Source: Raillietiella orientalis (taxonomy: Eukaryota). From it: a stretch of 64,000 nucleotides of DNA. The notes under the pieces are model-generated. The model saw only the letters and a program-made list of their open reading frames with translations, was not told the DNA's origin and ran no database searches. Both the position numbers and the translations under genes were made by a program. The DNA lies in contig JAYWIR010000009.1 in the NCBI GenBank assembly GCA_036172245.1, positions 4,402,001 to 4,466,000 of the forward strand, in the 5' to 3' direction. Below, piece after piece: positions 13,401-24,639 of this stretch; position 1 is the first letter of the stretch; each line of letters opens with the position of its first letter.

Positions 13401-16400
13401 TGACTCGTTTTACCAGATCCCCGTGCGACGTCAGATGGAAGGGCACCTGGCTCTCGCGTCCAGCGTAGGCGAAGAGGCGGCCACGCCGCAAAGCGAACAC
13501 CTCGTGGGACGAGGGCAAGGAAAACACGCACAGCGAAAGGGAAGCGCCCGGCCGCAGAAGGAGAGAGCCGGTTGCCTTGATGCCGACGTGCCAACAGGAC
13601 AGGTCCTGCGTATTCGGCGACTCCTGACGGACTCGTCGCCGTCGTCGCTCCAGCACCGAGATCGAGACTGCCGGCGACTGCCTTTCGCGGTGCCCCTCGC
13701 CGCCGGCCCCCACCTGATCTGTAGCCGACAGGGCATAGAGACGGAGATCGAAGCTTTGCCGCGCTCCGCCTTTGTCCTCCTCCTCCTCAGCTCCTGTTCC
13801 TTTTCCTCCTCTTCTTCCTCGCTTCCTCCTCATCCTTCCCTTCCTTCCTCCTCGTCTTCCTCCCTTTCTTCTCCTTCTTGCTCTTCCTTTTCTCCCTTTT
13901 TTCTCCCCCACTTCCCGTCCTCCTCTTCCTCCTCCCTTCCTCCTCTTCCTTTCCTTCCTTCCTTCCTTCCCCTCCTCTTTGCCATGTTTCATCCTCCCTT
14001 TCCTCCCTCTGACACTTCCGGTGTGTCCATACCAGGAAGGGATGCGTGTCATGGCGGGTTGCCTTCCGTGCGCGGATGCGGATGATACCTCGGACGACGG
14101 GGTGCCTCCTGAGCACGGCGACGGTCATCTGGTGTCGGAGAAGTCTTGGGGGGTCCCTGCGGGGCAAGTCAAGGTACGTTCGAGACGTTGGCGCGAGGAG
14201 AAGCAAGAGGCGAGATGGCGGCACTGCCCGAGACCCGAGGTGCCCGCCCGGCCGAGGACGCAGCTCTGGGCTGGCGGGCGACCTGGGAGCGTCCCCCTCT
14301 TCAGCGTCCGTCCGCAGGCTCCCTCGATCCGAAGCTGCAGGGTGCCCAGCCGGGCCGTCCTGAGGCATTGCCTCGCAGGGGGATTGCAGGCGGCTCCCAG
14401 GGTGGACGCGACCGGCCTGGCGGGGGCGACGCCGCCCCAGTTTTGTGGCCGCAGGAGGAGGAGAGGGCAAGAAAAGGGCGGGGCGCGATCTCGTGCCCTG
14501 TGGCGAGTCAAGGCTGCCGCAGCTTATCCCTTCGAGTAAGGTCCGCGGATCCGGAATCGCGGGGGACGGGCGTGGGATGCCGCCGTATTCAGGAAACGTA
14601 GAGAAGCAGCGGGCGCCGCCGGCGAGATTTTCCCGGGAACTCCAGGAGGGACGAGGTCCTGCCTGCAGCCGACTCCTCGTCACGGGAAGAGATACAAGCT
14701 CCCAGCTGAGTTTCCGGGCAACGGACGTTCCGCGCGCGCTTCCGTGATGCGACGTGTGGGATCCCTGGAGGCGACCCTGCTGCCCGGAAAGGGCGTCGAC
14801 CCGCGTCCCTTCCTCTCCCACCAGATAGACGGGAGCATCTCGCGAGGACGCGAACCCTTTCGAAAGGTCGAGGGTCCTGCCCACTTCCTGGACGCGGACC
14901 GAGGGGAAGCTCCAGGGCATGAAGCGACTGCTGGTGCGGGACTAACCCCACCTCCTCGGGCGCGGCTCCAGGAGCCCACGTTCTCCCCTCAGCGGAGGCA
15001 GAGTGGCCACCCGCCCGCTCGCGCATCACCCGGGTAGCCCTGGAGCCGAGGCCCTGCGCCGGTGCCACACCGAAAGAGAGCAGCAGATGCCGGAGGGCCC
15101 ATCTTACAGACCCGCACGCGACCTCTGGGAGCCAAGGGTCTGCCCCTTCCCTATACAGTCCCCCTCCCATTTCCCCTATCCCCGTCATCTGTGCGTGCTT
15201 CCGCCGCTACTTACCGGAGGACGCCTTCCCGGACGTGCCACGCGTCGCCCGGGTGCCATCGCGTCGCACGAGCGCGAGGGGGTTATAATCGCCCCCAGAG
15301 AAGAGGAAATGGTAGCTAACTCCCTCTCCTGTCCCCATGAATTGCCTCTGTCCCACGCGCATCTCTCCCATCTAGCCGGAAACCGCAGCTTCCCGACGAG
15401 TGTCTTCCCTTTTCGCTCCTCCCCCCTCCCCCACGGCCGCCGCGAGAGTGCCTTTAGGACTGGTGCGCAGAGGGAAAGGCAAGAGTGAGACCCTACTGCC
15501 ACTCGAACGCGCGCCCTATTAGACTCACTATGACACGAACGCGCTCCTCACGCGACCGCATTCCTGATTGGCCCCACTATGACTCGGACGCGTTCCTTTC
15601 CGGACCCTTTGAGACTGGACAGAGCGTGCTACCGGCTCCACCCTGACTGGAGGTGCTCCGCGCGCTCACCTGCGCGCGCCGCAAGGGGCGCCCCGTCGGA
15701 GGCGATGATGAGCAGGGAGTGGTTGTCCAGGGACATCTGGAAGGGGCAGTTGAGGCCGCCGTTGCTGATGACACGGAAGCGGTACCGGAATCCCTTGTGG
15801 GATGAGAGACAGAGGGCGGGGTGCTTCTCCCAGGGTGGGGACGCTCTCGCGCCTGGTGGGGAGGTCATCGGACCGACCTTTTCGACCTGGAACTCCTCCA
15901 GTGGGGTCGTCGGCATCCCATCGGCGACCTGATCGTCCGCGCCCATCCCGTTAACCAGGATGTTCGTGGGGTGGTTGCTCCCGTTGGAGTGGAAGTGCAT
16001 GGAGTAAGTGGACACCGAAATGTCCCTTATCCAGTCGCTGACGATGACGATGTGCTCTGGGAGGTCGAAGTCGTACAGGAAGAGGTGCGTCTCAGCCTGC
16101 GGCGCCTGTCTGATGATGAGCGGTCCGTACAGGCCGTCGCTACGCTGCACCCCTGGGGGCGGAAGCTTCGAGTCCCTCTCTCCGACCCCACCCACTACCC
16201 CGTGCTCCTCTCCCACCCGAGACGCACCCGTATGGGAGTGCCAGAAGTGTGTCCCCGGCTGCGTGGCGAAGAAGTGGTAGCGGAAGGTGGTGCCCGGGGG
16301 GATGGGGCATTGGCTGACCGTGGGCACCCCGTCCATGTACTGCGTGTTCTTCTGGTGCAGACCATGCCAGTGGATGCTGGTGCTCTCCGCTCCCAGGTCG

Positions 16401-19400
16401 TTCTGGACGTTCACGATGATCTCGTCTTGGAAGCACACCTGAGGAAGGTCAAGAGGGCGAGAAAGGGGAAGAGAAGAGAGACGCATAAAGGGAGGGGGGA
16501 GGAAACAACGCTGAGACAGGATGGAGAGAGTTAGACGTCCTCCCCCTCTTGTCCGCCGCGGGCGAGAGAGCCGGGGCGCCGTGTGAAGGAGCGCGACTGC
16601 TCGGTGGCGCACCGAACCAGTAGGGAGGAGGGATACGGTCGAGGTCGGCGTCGGGGTGCCCTCCCCCCCAGCATTCTTAGCCACATGACCCTGGGGTCGT
16701 CACGAGCTGAGACTTCCCCCCCGGCAGCCGCCACCACCCGGATCACCCGGGGCAGCCCGCGTGGTATGCCCTCCACCCGACGGAAGCGGAGGAGAGAGGG
16801 AGGGACAGGAGGCGCAAGCGCCCAGGAGTCACCTGGAGGGAAGATCATTGTCGACGTCCGGACAACGTCACCCGCAGTGCAGCCAGACGTCTTCCTGCGC
16901 GCCACGCATGCTGGGCTCTCTGGGAGACGGCGAAGAGGAGGAAGAGCTCATCCAGGGGAGAAAGGGGCGCTGACGTCGGTGACAGCGAGGCGGGTCGCCG
17001 GCCCGGGAGAGCGGGATGATTTCTAGAGAGCCAAAAGGGACCGTGGGAAGAGAGGTCCGTCGCGACGGCCGACGAGGGCTTGCGAAGGGGACTCTGCATC
17101 CCACCTTGGAGCAGCATGGCTGCTCATGTCGGCTCCAACCACGCCCGATTCCTCAAGGGGGAGAGGGGAAGGGGGGGAAGGGTCGCGGGTTCCGGGACTC
17201 TTTCGGCGTTCGCCCTCTTCGGGCTGTTGAGAACTGAGAGTCGGCGGCTGCCCCGCGAGCTTCCTCGTATCCACAGAGATCGGAAGAAGCCCTGGAGCGG
17301 ATGTCGCCATGGGGAGGGGGAGTAGCTGGCAGCGTTTGCGCAACTCCTTTTCCTCCTCTTCGCCCGCTGGGAAAACGGGTCTCCACGCAACGGAGTCACC
17401 CCCTCGCAGATCTGGCGAAGGCGCAACATCGACGGTGGCGACGACCAACCAAGAGGCGGCAATGGGGGCGGCGATCATGGCGACCAGACTCTCCCCTGGT
17501 AACCAACAACGCGCTTCCGACGTGAGAGGCGCCTTGATGACCGCTCACGCGGGTGGTTGCGAATCTACCTGGGAGGTCATACAAGACTCCGGCCATCCCA
17601 TCCCTCGTGACCCCCCGCGCCGCAGGCTTCAGAGGTCACAGAAGACCGGATCACGGAGGGCAGCAGGGCGACCTGTCCTCCTCCGGAATTGCTGGTGGAG
17701 GCGCGCCCACTCCTCCTGCTGGATCCCGGGGGCTGCGCGCGCGCTATGCCCGCCTGTGCCGCGTCCGCGCCGTCGACATGTGTCGAAACGCCATGCCATC
17801 GGCAAGGTGGCACATGCACGGGAAGGACCAGCCTCGAAAACGAAAATTCACTGGCCTTCCCGTGTCCGCGTCTCTCTCTCCACGAGAGGGGTCGGGGTCG
17901 CGCGGCCGGTTCAAGACCGTCGCCCCGGCGACGGGCGGCGGCAGGCAGTCGGCCACGTGGGCAACGCCTCCGCGGATGACGGCGCGCGGGCGTTTGCGTC
18001 CACCTCGCAGGGAGGGAGAGGAATCCGGGGAGCCAGTCGAGGGTCCTAGGGAAACCGCGTCCGGTGGGGTGTGTATCGAGGGGAGGTGGCGACGCCACGG
18101 CGGCTGTCGGCGGAGGTCGCGCCTGTCAGGAGCGCGCGTGCGTCCGGAGACCAACGAGCTCGCTGCAGGGCGACCGCACCCGCTCTTCCCTCACCACCTC
18201 CTCTGAGGGTGGTCACCGCTGGGGGGCGAGTGCGCCGTGGGGAGCGCCTCCCTCTGGCTCAAAAACTGGAAGGGGCACGGCTGCGAGGCGAGGCCCGGGG
18301 GGGGGGGGGGTTACGCGCGGCGCGCCCGCTGCTGCCGCTTACGCTTGGGGGGCAGGGCACGGGAGAGAGGGAACGGAGCGAAAGGGCGGCAGCGACGATC
18401 CGCGGCGCTCGATGAGGGTTCTCGCGGTCCGCGGCAGCGGGGCAGGCGAGGTTGCGCCGCCCCTCCTCTTCCCGATAAGTCACGTGCGGAGAGGAGGGAG
18501 GGACGGAGCTGATGTGGAGCGCTAAGGAGGAAGGGAAGGGAGATGAGACGTAGGTTCCGCTCGGGGTCCAGAGAAAATGGGAAGTTGCGCGAGCAGCCCG
18601 GACGGAACCTTTGGCGGCCGCAGCCAGCTGCATGTGGCGGGGGACCCCCTTTCCCCGCTGTCCGGGAGACCACCGATCAGGAGGACGGCGCATCTATCCT
18701 GGCATCCTCCCGAGGGAAGGGACGCGCGCGCCTCCTCAAGCTCCGCTCGAACCCACCGGAAGGAAGCTGTACGCGAGGGTCGCCACGGCGGCAGCACGAG
18801 GAGCCGCCCAGCGGTGGAGCAGGCGTCCTCCAGGAATGTCCGTCAAGGGGAAAATGGAGCGGGCCGGAGGACCTTCCAGGAGAGCGGAAACTTCGTCGCA
18901 GGGACGAGAAAACCGAGGAAAGATCCAGATGAACGCGAGGAGGAGCATCAGAGCCACACCACCACCAGCAGAAGAGGGATGAGAGAGGACAGGAAGTGTC
19001 GCTGTCAGAAGAACGGTCCTCCGCAAGAGAGGAGGAGGTGGAGGAGGAAGGAAGGGAGGGAGGGAGGGGAAGAAGAAGAGGAGGAGGAGGAGGTCCAGAG
19101 GGTGCTTCGCATGATGCGTGCCTCATCCATCCTGCTTGTCCCTTCCCTTCGCATCTTCCCGTAGGGAGGCAGCCATCCTCGCGTCGAAGCCCCTCTTGTC
19201 AGCCGTGGTTCCCTCTCTCCTTCCCGTGTACCGTGGTTCCCCACCGCTGTCCGCGGTTTCCCGCTCTTTCACACTTTTCCGCCTCCCGCCCGCAGCAAGG
19301 ACGTTTCTCCGCCCTGCCACGAGAACAGCAAGGACCTCCATGACGCCTCTCCCCCCCCCCCCCTCCCGTCGCGCCTTTCTGCGCTTTGCAAGGCGGAGCC

Positions 19401-22400
19401 TTCGGAAACGTTCGCATGACAACGAGGATTGCGCGCGCGGGTTAAGAAGGCTGCAGCTGGGCACCGCGGCGTGGCTACGCAGCGGCACATGAGCACGCGG
19501 TGGCACCAAAAAGGGAAAAGACGTGCAGGCCCCGTGTGCAGAAACTGCGTCTCGGAAGCAACTGCATCTGGGTCGCAACGTGCGTGTGCGCGACAAAAAA
19601 AAAGAGAGACAGATAGAGAGAGAGCGAACGGAAGGGGCGGGGGATGTGACCTGGAGGAAGTGTCCACCGCGGGGGTGCGGAGTTCTTCGCCTGGCGCCCT
19701 TCCGGCGGATCAGCGCCGTCCCTCGTGACGCGTGCGACCCGGCGGCGGCGAAGCGCAGGGGCAGCCAGGAGGACGGATGTCTCCCAGTCCGCGAAGACGC
19801 TTGACCATCCCGGTGGAATACCTGCGGCGTTGAGGAACGACCGGAGCGGGCCGCCGCCTCCTGTTCTCGGAAGAGCGAAGGACGGAGCAGCAGAGAGGTG
19901 ACCGGAGTCCGGCGCTTAGCAACCAGAGATGGCGCAAAACACACAGAGCAAGAAGAGACAAACAAACATAGCGCGGGGCAGCGAGCCGCTTGTCTATTTT
20001 TTCCCCTTCCTTCGCTTCTTCTTCTTCTTCTTCGCAGCCTCTGTGTCAAGGTTGCTGCGCCCAGAGAAAGCGCGGCGCGGAAAGCGAAATCCGCTGCGGA
20101 CGCGGCCGTGCGACGATGCGGGCACGCGGCGCTCGGGCGCGGCCGCGGCCCGCCCCGCGCGGCGCGACTCCTGGGGGCGGCTCGCTCGCGCGCGTGCGCC
20201 AGCGCGGCGGCGTGCACGTCTGGGCGGCGGCGGCGGCACCGCCGCCGCCAGTCCCTGCCAACCCGTTCGCCGTCTGTCCCGGCAGCCCCTCGAGAAACCG
20301 AAAACGCCAGACCGACTGGCATTGGTCTGATGGTCACGCACAATCGCTCTTTCTTTCGGAGCACCATTATGGTGATTACCTTCAGTGGGCTTTTTTTTTT
20401 TTTTTCTTTTGGGTTTACCTGCAGGTCGGGTCCGGGCATTCTGCGGTTCACAACAAGAATGGGCCTCTGGTGCCCGTCTGCCGCAATGCAGCCTGGCGAA
20501 AAGCAGTCACTTCTGTTCCGTGGGCAGTGCAAGCAAGCTCTACTCATGGAAATGTACCACTGCAGTGTGAAATTATATTCGCATGTCATTGGTATCTGCC
20601 AATTCGAGCAAGGACGCAGACATGGATGTTCTAGAATTTTCGATGGGCGATTTAAACAGATTAATCTCTCTTCATCTGCCTAATGACGATTCAAACAGGT
20701 CAATTGCTCTTCACATTTATTCCCCCCCCCCCCTTTCTTCCTCTTCCCTCCCTCCAAACAGTCGCGCAAATTGCAAAAGGCCAGAAGAGAGAAAAGAACG
20801 CCGATGGCTTCTGCAAACTGTCTACAGCTCCAGGGTGGTTATCGGGGTGTGAAGGGTAGCAGACTCCCACCTAGCCCATTGGTACATCTTGCACCGAAAA
20901 TCGAGCAGCGGCGAGGATTTCGCCCCGGCGAGCAAATGGCGCCGCGTTCTGAGCCGCGCGCCGATACCGTATTTATGTGAAGACACCAAGGAGTGCACGG
21001 ACCCAAACCCAAGGTGCACGCTGCTCGTTCCCAGGCACCCGCCGCGGCGGCATCAACGGGGTTTATCTGGGGGCGGAGACATCCGACTCGCGAGCACAAA
21101 TCCTTTCCGCGTCCATTCACGAACCAACGGAGCCAACAGGGCAGGCTGAAACGAATCCTCCGACCCCGGACCGTCTCGGCGAAGGTCGTCGCTTTGGGGA
21201 GCACCACCGCGCGGAAGTCGCCGCCCTCGAGGAAGGGATCGAGATAGAGAGGGGCGTGTGCCTCCTCCCCCACCCGGCAATGGAGATAGGCGGCGCGGGC
21301 ATTCACGACGAGGTTTGCGAGATGACCAAGAGAGTTTCCCGCTCCCGACACAACTGCCCAGGAACGGGAAACCCTGAAGCTCCAGAGCGAATCAGTCGCC
21401 CTATTTTATTTCTATTTTTTTTTCTCAAAAGCATCGAATTCCTTCCGAGACGGCACCTAGCCCTACGCGGAGGCAGCCCAATGCGACCGCCGATGAATCG
21501 TGAGCAGACAGGGACAGCAGCGGTACTTGGAGAAAACAGAGGACCGCCGTCGTCTGGAAGAACTGCAGACCCTGAAGTTCCCACCCTGAAGCTCATGCCG
21601 TGTGCAACGCGGTAAGAAACTTCCGTGTGCTTCAGGAAAGGGGCGGCGACCTGCCCTGCAAAAAGGGCTAGGCGAACCAGTTTCGCGCGCAGTTGCAACC
21701 CCAGAACCCCTCTGCCCCCCCCTCCACGGTCCAGCCCCTCGTGGACACCTCGCCCCCAGGCAAGGTGCCACTTCGAAACCTGCGGGTGTGCTGCTGGAAT
21801 GCGGAGCAGGTGAAAATCAGCCAGAAGGGGTGATGGACGCCATCCTTGCGCGCGCAGGTGGCTACAAGAAGACGCGTTCACTCGGCGAGGACACGCGGGG
21901 CACCGCTTACGCGCATCTTCCAAAGTCGGGAATTCGATTTTTCGGGAAAACTGCTCCCTCCAAACGAAGGCGCAACACCAAACAGCGGAACACGCACACA
22001 CACACACAGCACTTCCAAAGCGAACGTTCGTCGGAAGCACTCCAGACGAATGGAAACGAAGCCGGCGTGATGAAAAGGGACGCCGTCGGGATGCGTTTCT
22101 TGTCGCCCGCCCAACCTCGTCTTCCCACCCGCCTTTCGAAGCCATCCCGGTCTTTCACGCGCACCATTTTTTTTTTTGGCGCTGCGTTGTCTAAAACGTG
22201 CTGCGGAACCCACTGCCTGCGCTATGGAGTGGCTTGCGCTTCCCGTGCCGTGCCCATGGCGTCTTTGCGGGTGAGCGTCGTCGGTTCGAATTTGTGCGTT
22301 CCCGCACGAGTCGACCGAGTTCCGGGGAGGTTTGGTGACGCACTGGGGACGTCGTTGGCGCAGAGTCGGCAGGAGGGACCGTTTCCACGGGACGACGGAC

Positions 22401-22967
22401 CACGAGCGTCCGTCAACGAGCACGGGAGACGTTGCGGGCAGTGTCGCACGGCACGGCTCGCACTGGGAGAGTTTCCAAGGGCGCGAAAGGCAGGGAACAC
22501 CCCAAAGGAACTCGCGAAAACGGGAAACGCCGGCGTTTCTCCGAAAGACCCCCACCACCACCACCACCACTACCGTGGCGATCCCCTAACGACAAGGAGT
22601 GAACAGCAGGAGGAGGGGGAACCGGTTGTGCAAAGAGCGACCGGAAAGGATTGCCACGCGCGCTCCAGCGACCACGAAAGCCCTCCTCCCGCTCGCGGAT
22701 GTGGACTGAACCGCGGTCCCGTTGGCTCCCGCCCACCACGAACGAACATCTCGCCAGACCTGCTGCCGCGCCATCCCCGCCCGTCCTCAAGGGAGGGAGG
22801 CCAGCGATTCTCACTCCGCTCACCCGTCGTCACAATGCAGGCATACCACACTCCAAAAATGAGAATCCCGCGAAAGGCTATCAATAAAGTCACTTACTGG
22901 TGTATGAGAACTCTGCTTCCGTGAGCTTACCGAAGAACATTACGGCAAGCATAATTATCCACTTCAT
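1253..22967 (-). CDS. Laccase / multicopper oxidase (arthropod laccase-1/MCO1-like), 10 coding exons, 654 aa; join(22898..22967,20419..20630,16228..16438,15878..16152,15670..15793,10334..10548,10064..10253,9791..10003,6250..6468,1253..1488)
   Basis: All nine introns are GT..AG with matching phases, and the exon lengths sum to 1965 nt. The protein has the four multicopper-oxidase signatures [16 protein letters not shown] and [12 protein letters not shown], an N-terminal signal peptide and the arthropod-type Cys-rich N-terminus (HPCLRPC...C..C.....C....C). Confidence 0.95.
2570..3130 (-). mobile_element. tRNA-derived SINE-like element, near full-length copy
   Basis: Minus-strand head GGCCCGCGCTGGC with B-box GGTTCGAATCC (~3064-3074) and a second B-box-like GGTTTCGAATCC (~3000-3011). 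The body is shared with the other copies. The 3' end is TTGGCGAACC followed by an A-rich tail (2579-2588). Confidence 0.7.
3200..4100 (-). mobile_element. Degenerate L1/Tx1-like RT fragment in laccase intron 9
   Basis: Frameshifted RT-like motifs (IRPLT resembling RPI(S/T)L; IQASCARN resembling Q.GF..GR). Read by eye. Confidence 0.45.
5770..5985. repeat. (ATTT/TTCA)n low-complexity tetranucleotide repeat
   Basis: Direct reading of ttcatttatttattcatt... arrays. Confidence 0.9.
6250..6468 (-). CDS. Laccase coding exon 9 ([15 protein letters not shown]...[21 protein letters not shown])
   Basis: Acceptor ttggcag; donor G|gtaaac; 219 nt; HPIHLHG copper motif. Confidence 0.96.
6600..7400 (-). mobile_element. 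Degenerate L1/Tx1-like RT fragment in laccase intron 8
   Basis: DLVRIHLGV resembles the RT (V/I)KYLG(V/I) motif; GC-rich decayed coding-like sequence. Confidence 0.35.
7513..7595. repeat. Compound trinucleotide repeat (GAT)n(GGT)n..(GAA)n(GAT)n
   Basis: Direct reading. Confidence 0.9.
8060..8620 (-). mobile_element. tRNA-derived SINE-like element (best-preserved head)
   Basis: Minus strand has A-box-like TGGCAGCAGTGTGG and B-box GGTTCGAATCC (~8538-8548). The body (gaagggacgcttcccgatttc...gaagggcgct) matches the copies at 2570-3130, 35200-35750, 46260-46660 and 57130-57646. Confidence 0.72.
8800..9450 (-). mobile_element. Degenerate L1/Tx1-like RT fragment
   Basis: [12 protein letters not shown] resembles RPISLLN.D, and FVEPG resembles F(V/I)PGR. 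Confidence 0.5.
9791..10003 (-). CDS. Laccase coding exon 8 ([18 protein letters not shown]...[22 protein letters not shown])
   Basis: Acceptor ccccag; donor G|gtgagg; 213 nt; start of cupredoxin domain 3. Confidence 0.92.
10064..10253 (-). CDS. Laccase coding exon 7 (VFNPMNAG...YFPIQK)
   Basis: Acceptor ttccag; donor G|gtgggg; 190 nt. Confidence 0.9.
10334..10548 (-). CDS. Laccase coding exon 6 ([16 protein letters not shown]...CGREGL)
   Basis: Acceptor cccgtag; donor TTG|gtaatt; 215 nt; GERYD motif. Confidence 0.94.
10932..11786. mobile_element. AT-rich non-autonomous DNA element (MITE/MULE-like) with imperfect TIRs
   Basis: Left end cggtgcccacagaaatcccggaa versus reverse complement of the right end gggttcctttcaaaatcccgaa. 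The interior is extremely AT-rich with repeated CAATCAACAACTGTT units. Same end type and size as 39551-40395. Confidence 0.6.
12300..12900 (-). mobile_element. Degenerate L1/Tx1-like RT fragment in laccase intron 5
   Basis: [19 protein letters not shown] resembles the RT motif G.I.LI.K......(Y/W)RPISL. Confidence 0.45.
13775..14010. repeat. Polypyrimidine/polypurine (CCT/TCT)n low-complexity tract
   Basis: Direct reading. Confidence 0.9.
14080..15000 (-). mobile_element. Degenerate L1/Tx1-like RT fragment
   Basis: [11 protein letters not shown] resembles G.RQG.PLSP, followed in the right order by RTYLDLP resembling KYLG.P. Confidence 0.45.
15670..15793 (-). CDS. Laccase coding exon 5 ([12 protein letters not shown]...[13 protein letters not shown])
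   Basis: Acceptor cacaag (AAG); donor G|gtgagc; 124 nt; typical cupredoxin domain 2 motifs YRFRVI and IASDG. Confidence 0.92.
15878..16152 (-). CDS. Laccase coding exon 4 ([15 protein letters not shown]...SDW...ILVNGMG...FQVEK)
   Basis: Acceptor ccccag; donor AAG|gtcggt; 275 nt. Confidence 0.93.
16228..16438 (-). CDS. Laccase coding exon 3 (VCFQDEIIV...SIHWHG...THFWHSHTG)
   Basis: Acceptor cctcag; donor G|gtgcgt; 211 nt; carries the HWH and HSH copper ligands. Confidence 0.96.
17300..18200 (+). mobile_element. Degenerate L1/Tx1-like RT C-terminal fragment in laccase intron 2
   Basis: [11 protein letters not shown] (KYLG.P-like) followed by LSTRGVGV (GGLG-like). Confidence 0.35.
20419..20630 (-). 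CDS. Laccase coding exon 2 ([25 protein letters not shown]...[10 protein letters not shown])
   Basis: Acceptor ttctag; donor CAG|gtaaac; 212 nt; Cys-rich region and start of cupredoxin domain 1. Confidence 0.93.
22898..22967 (-). CDS. Laccase coding exon 1 (signal peptide [23 protein letters not shown])
   Basis: ATG at 22967; donor A|gtaagt at 22897; phase 1 joins AA of exon 2 to give Lys. An upstream acceptor (ctttctcattcacag, exon start 22992) implies 25 nt of 5'UTR in this exon. Confidence 0.85.
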
Positions 22968-24639
22968 GTCTCTCAGAGTCTTTTTCAAACACCTGTGAAT
23001 GAGAAAGGATAAACAATCATTTTATCGGAGATGGCACTGCAATATTTAAGTTCCCAGTTCGGCCCTAAGGGTTTCCTTGAATGGTTTGCATTGCGAAAGT
23101 CTTCACTTTGCTCTGACATTATGCATAGTTGATGAAGGCAGTTAAGAATAGAGACATGGCTTATCGTTCTCCATCCAGCAACACATTAGCCAATCATGTT
23201 CTGTGATTTATTGATAGGAAACACAGCACTGATTACAAAAATCCTCTTGCCGTTCTCCGTTAAGGAACGCTTCCCAAATATTGGTACGTGAGAATTCGAG
23301 AAAGTGAATGCCTCCTTTTTTTCTCTCCTTCCTTTTTTTTTTTTTTTTTTTTCTTTTTTCTTTTTTTGTTGTGTGCGCGCGCGCGAGTATGTGTGTGTGT
23401 TTGTGTGTGTGTTTCTTCTCCCCCACCGGAATTGCATCGTCTTTTGACGGTGTGCAACCGAAATGCCACCGCGATGCGCCGGAATCCGAAAGAGCACGAT
23501 CGAAAATTTGGATGCGAGCTCGGGGTGTCAATCAGGGATGACTGCTCGCGTTCCTTTTTTTTTTCTCTCTTTTTTTCTTTTCTTCCTCCCCCTCCCCCTT
23601 CCCCTTTGAAATTCGTCCCGCGTCATCCGAGCGGCGAGCGGTCAGTGGTTTTTGTTCCTGGAAGAAATTTAGGATTCCTCCTGCTCCTCCTCTCCTCCGG
23701 TGCCGTGGAGACTCGTGCTCGGGGAGGGAGAGGTTCGCTGTCGCCTCGGTTCCCGTCGTCCACGCGCGCCGACCCGAGCGGCGTGCGAAAGCTCCATGGT
23801 TACCATTGTTGCGGGAAGCGACGCTTTCCAAGATGTAGCCCGTTCCTCGGGCAGTGTGCACAGGTTGGGAAGGTTGCGAAACGAGGAGGAACCAAAGGGA
23901 AAGATGGAGAAAATAATAATAATAATAATAATAGATAGCATCGGCGGCAGAGTAACAAATTGGAAGGTGAGAGAGATTTCTTGTGTTCGGAATTCGCGAT
24001 GACCGTGCGTCATGCGTTGTTGCTCCGCGCGGGATTCTTGCGTTCGATCAGATGCTGGGCAAACGCGCGTAGACGATGGAATCTCAAAGGGCTTGCAGCG
24101 TACTTTCGCGGATCTCTCCCCGTCATAAACTCTGTGGATGCGCAGAGCTGCGCCCCTCTTCTTGCCTTTCTCAAGCTGCTGCTGCTGTTTTCACGGAAAT
24201 TCAAGACACGCCTGCCAGCTGTTTTTTTAAAAAACGAGCATCGCAAATATATGTGCAAATAAACTTGCAGACGAATCAGAACTTGATATCTTTCGCTTCG
24301 TAAACATGTTTACCGTCACATTAAGAATCAGCATGTTTGTCCGAGCCGGGCACAGTCAAAAGTCGATTCCCGGCTGCGAGATGTGAGATGCATCATCGTC
24401 TTGCGTGTTTGTGGTCTACCGAGCAACGCCGACTTTCCAGCCGTGGTGCTACTCGAACCCACCCTAGGAAGGAACGTAGGAAGAGCTGGAAAGAAAACAG
24501 ACTCCTAAAGCTCAATCCTTTAATCCTAGAATATCAGGTTCGCGTTTAGGTGAAAGAGCAGCATATTGTTTCTTCCGATTGTTCATCAGATCGGTGGCTT
24601 TCCCTGATAGTAAGAACGCAAGCCTGCTTCCACAGCCGC

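Noticed and set aside
19123..20589. 488-aa ORF starting MTCEYNF as the gene start
   Set aside because: Laccase similarity stops at the donor at 20418. The Met is internal to exon 2, and the real start with a signal peptide is at 22967.
21602..22924. 440-aa plus-strand ORF as a nested antisense gene
   Set aside because: It has low-complexity Arg/Gly/Pro composition, crosses microsatellites and has no domain. It is likely decayed TE sequence in intron 1.
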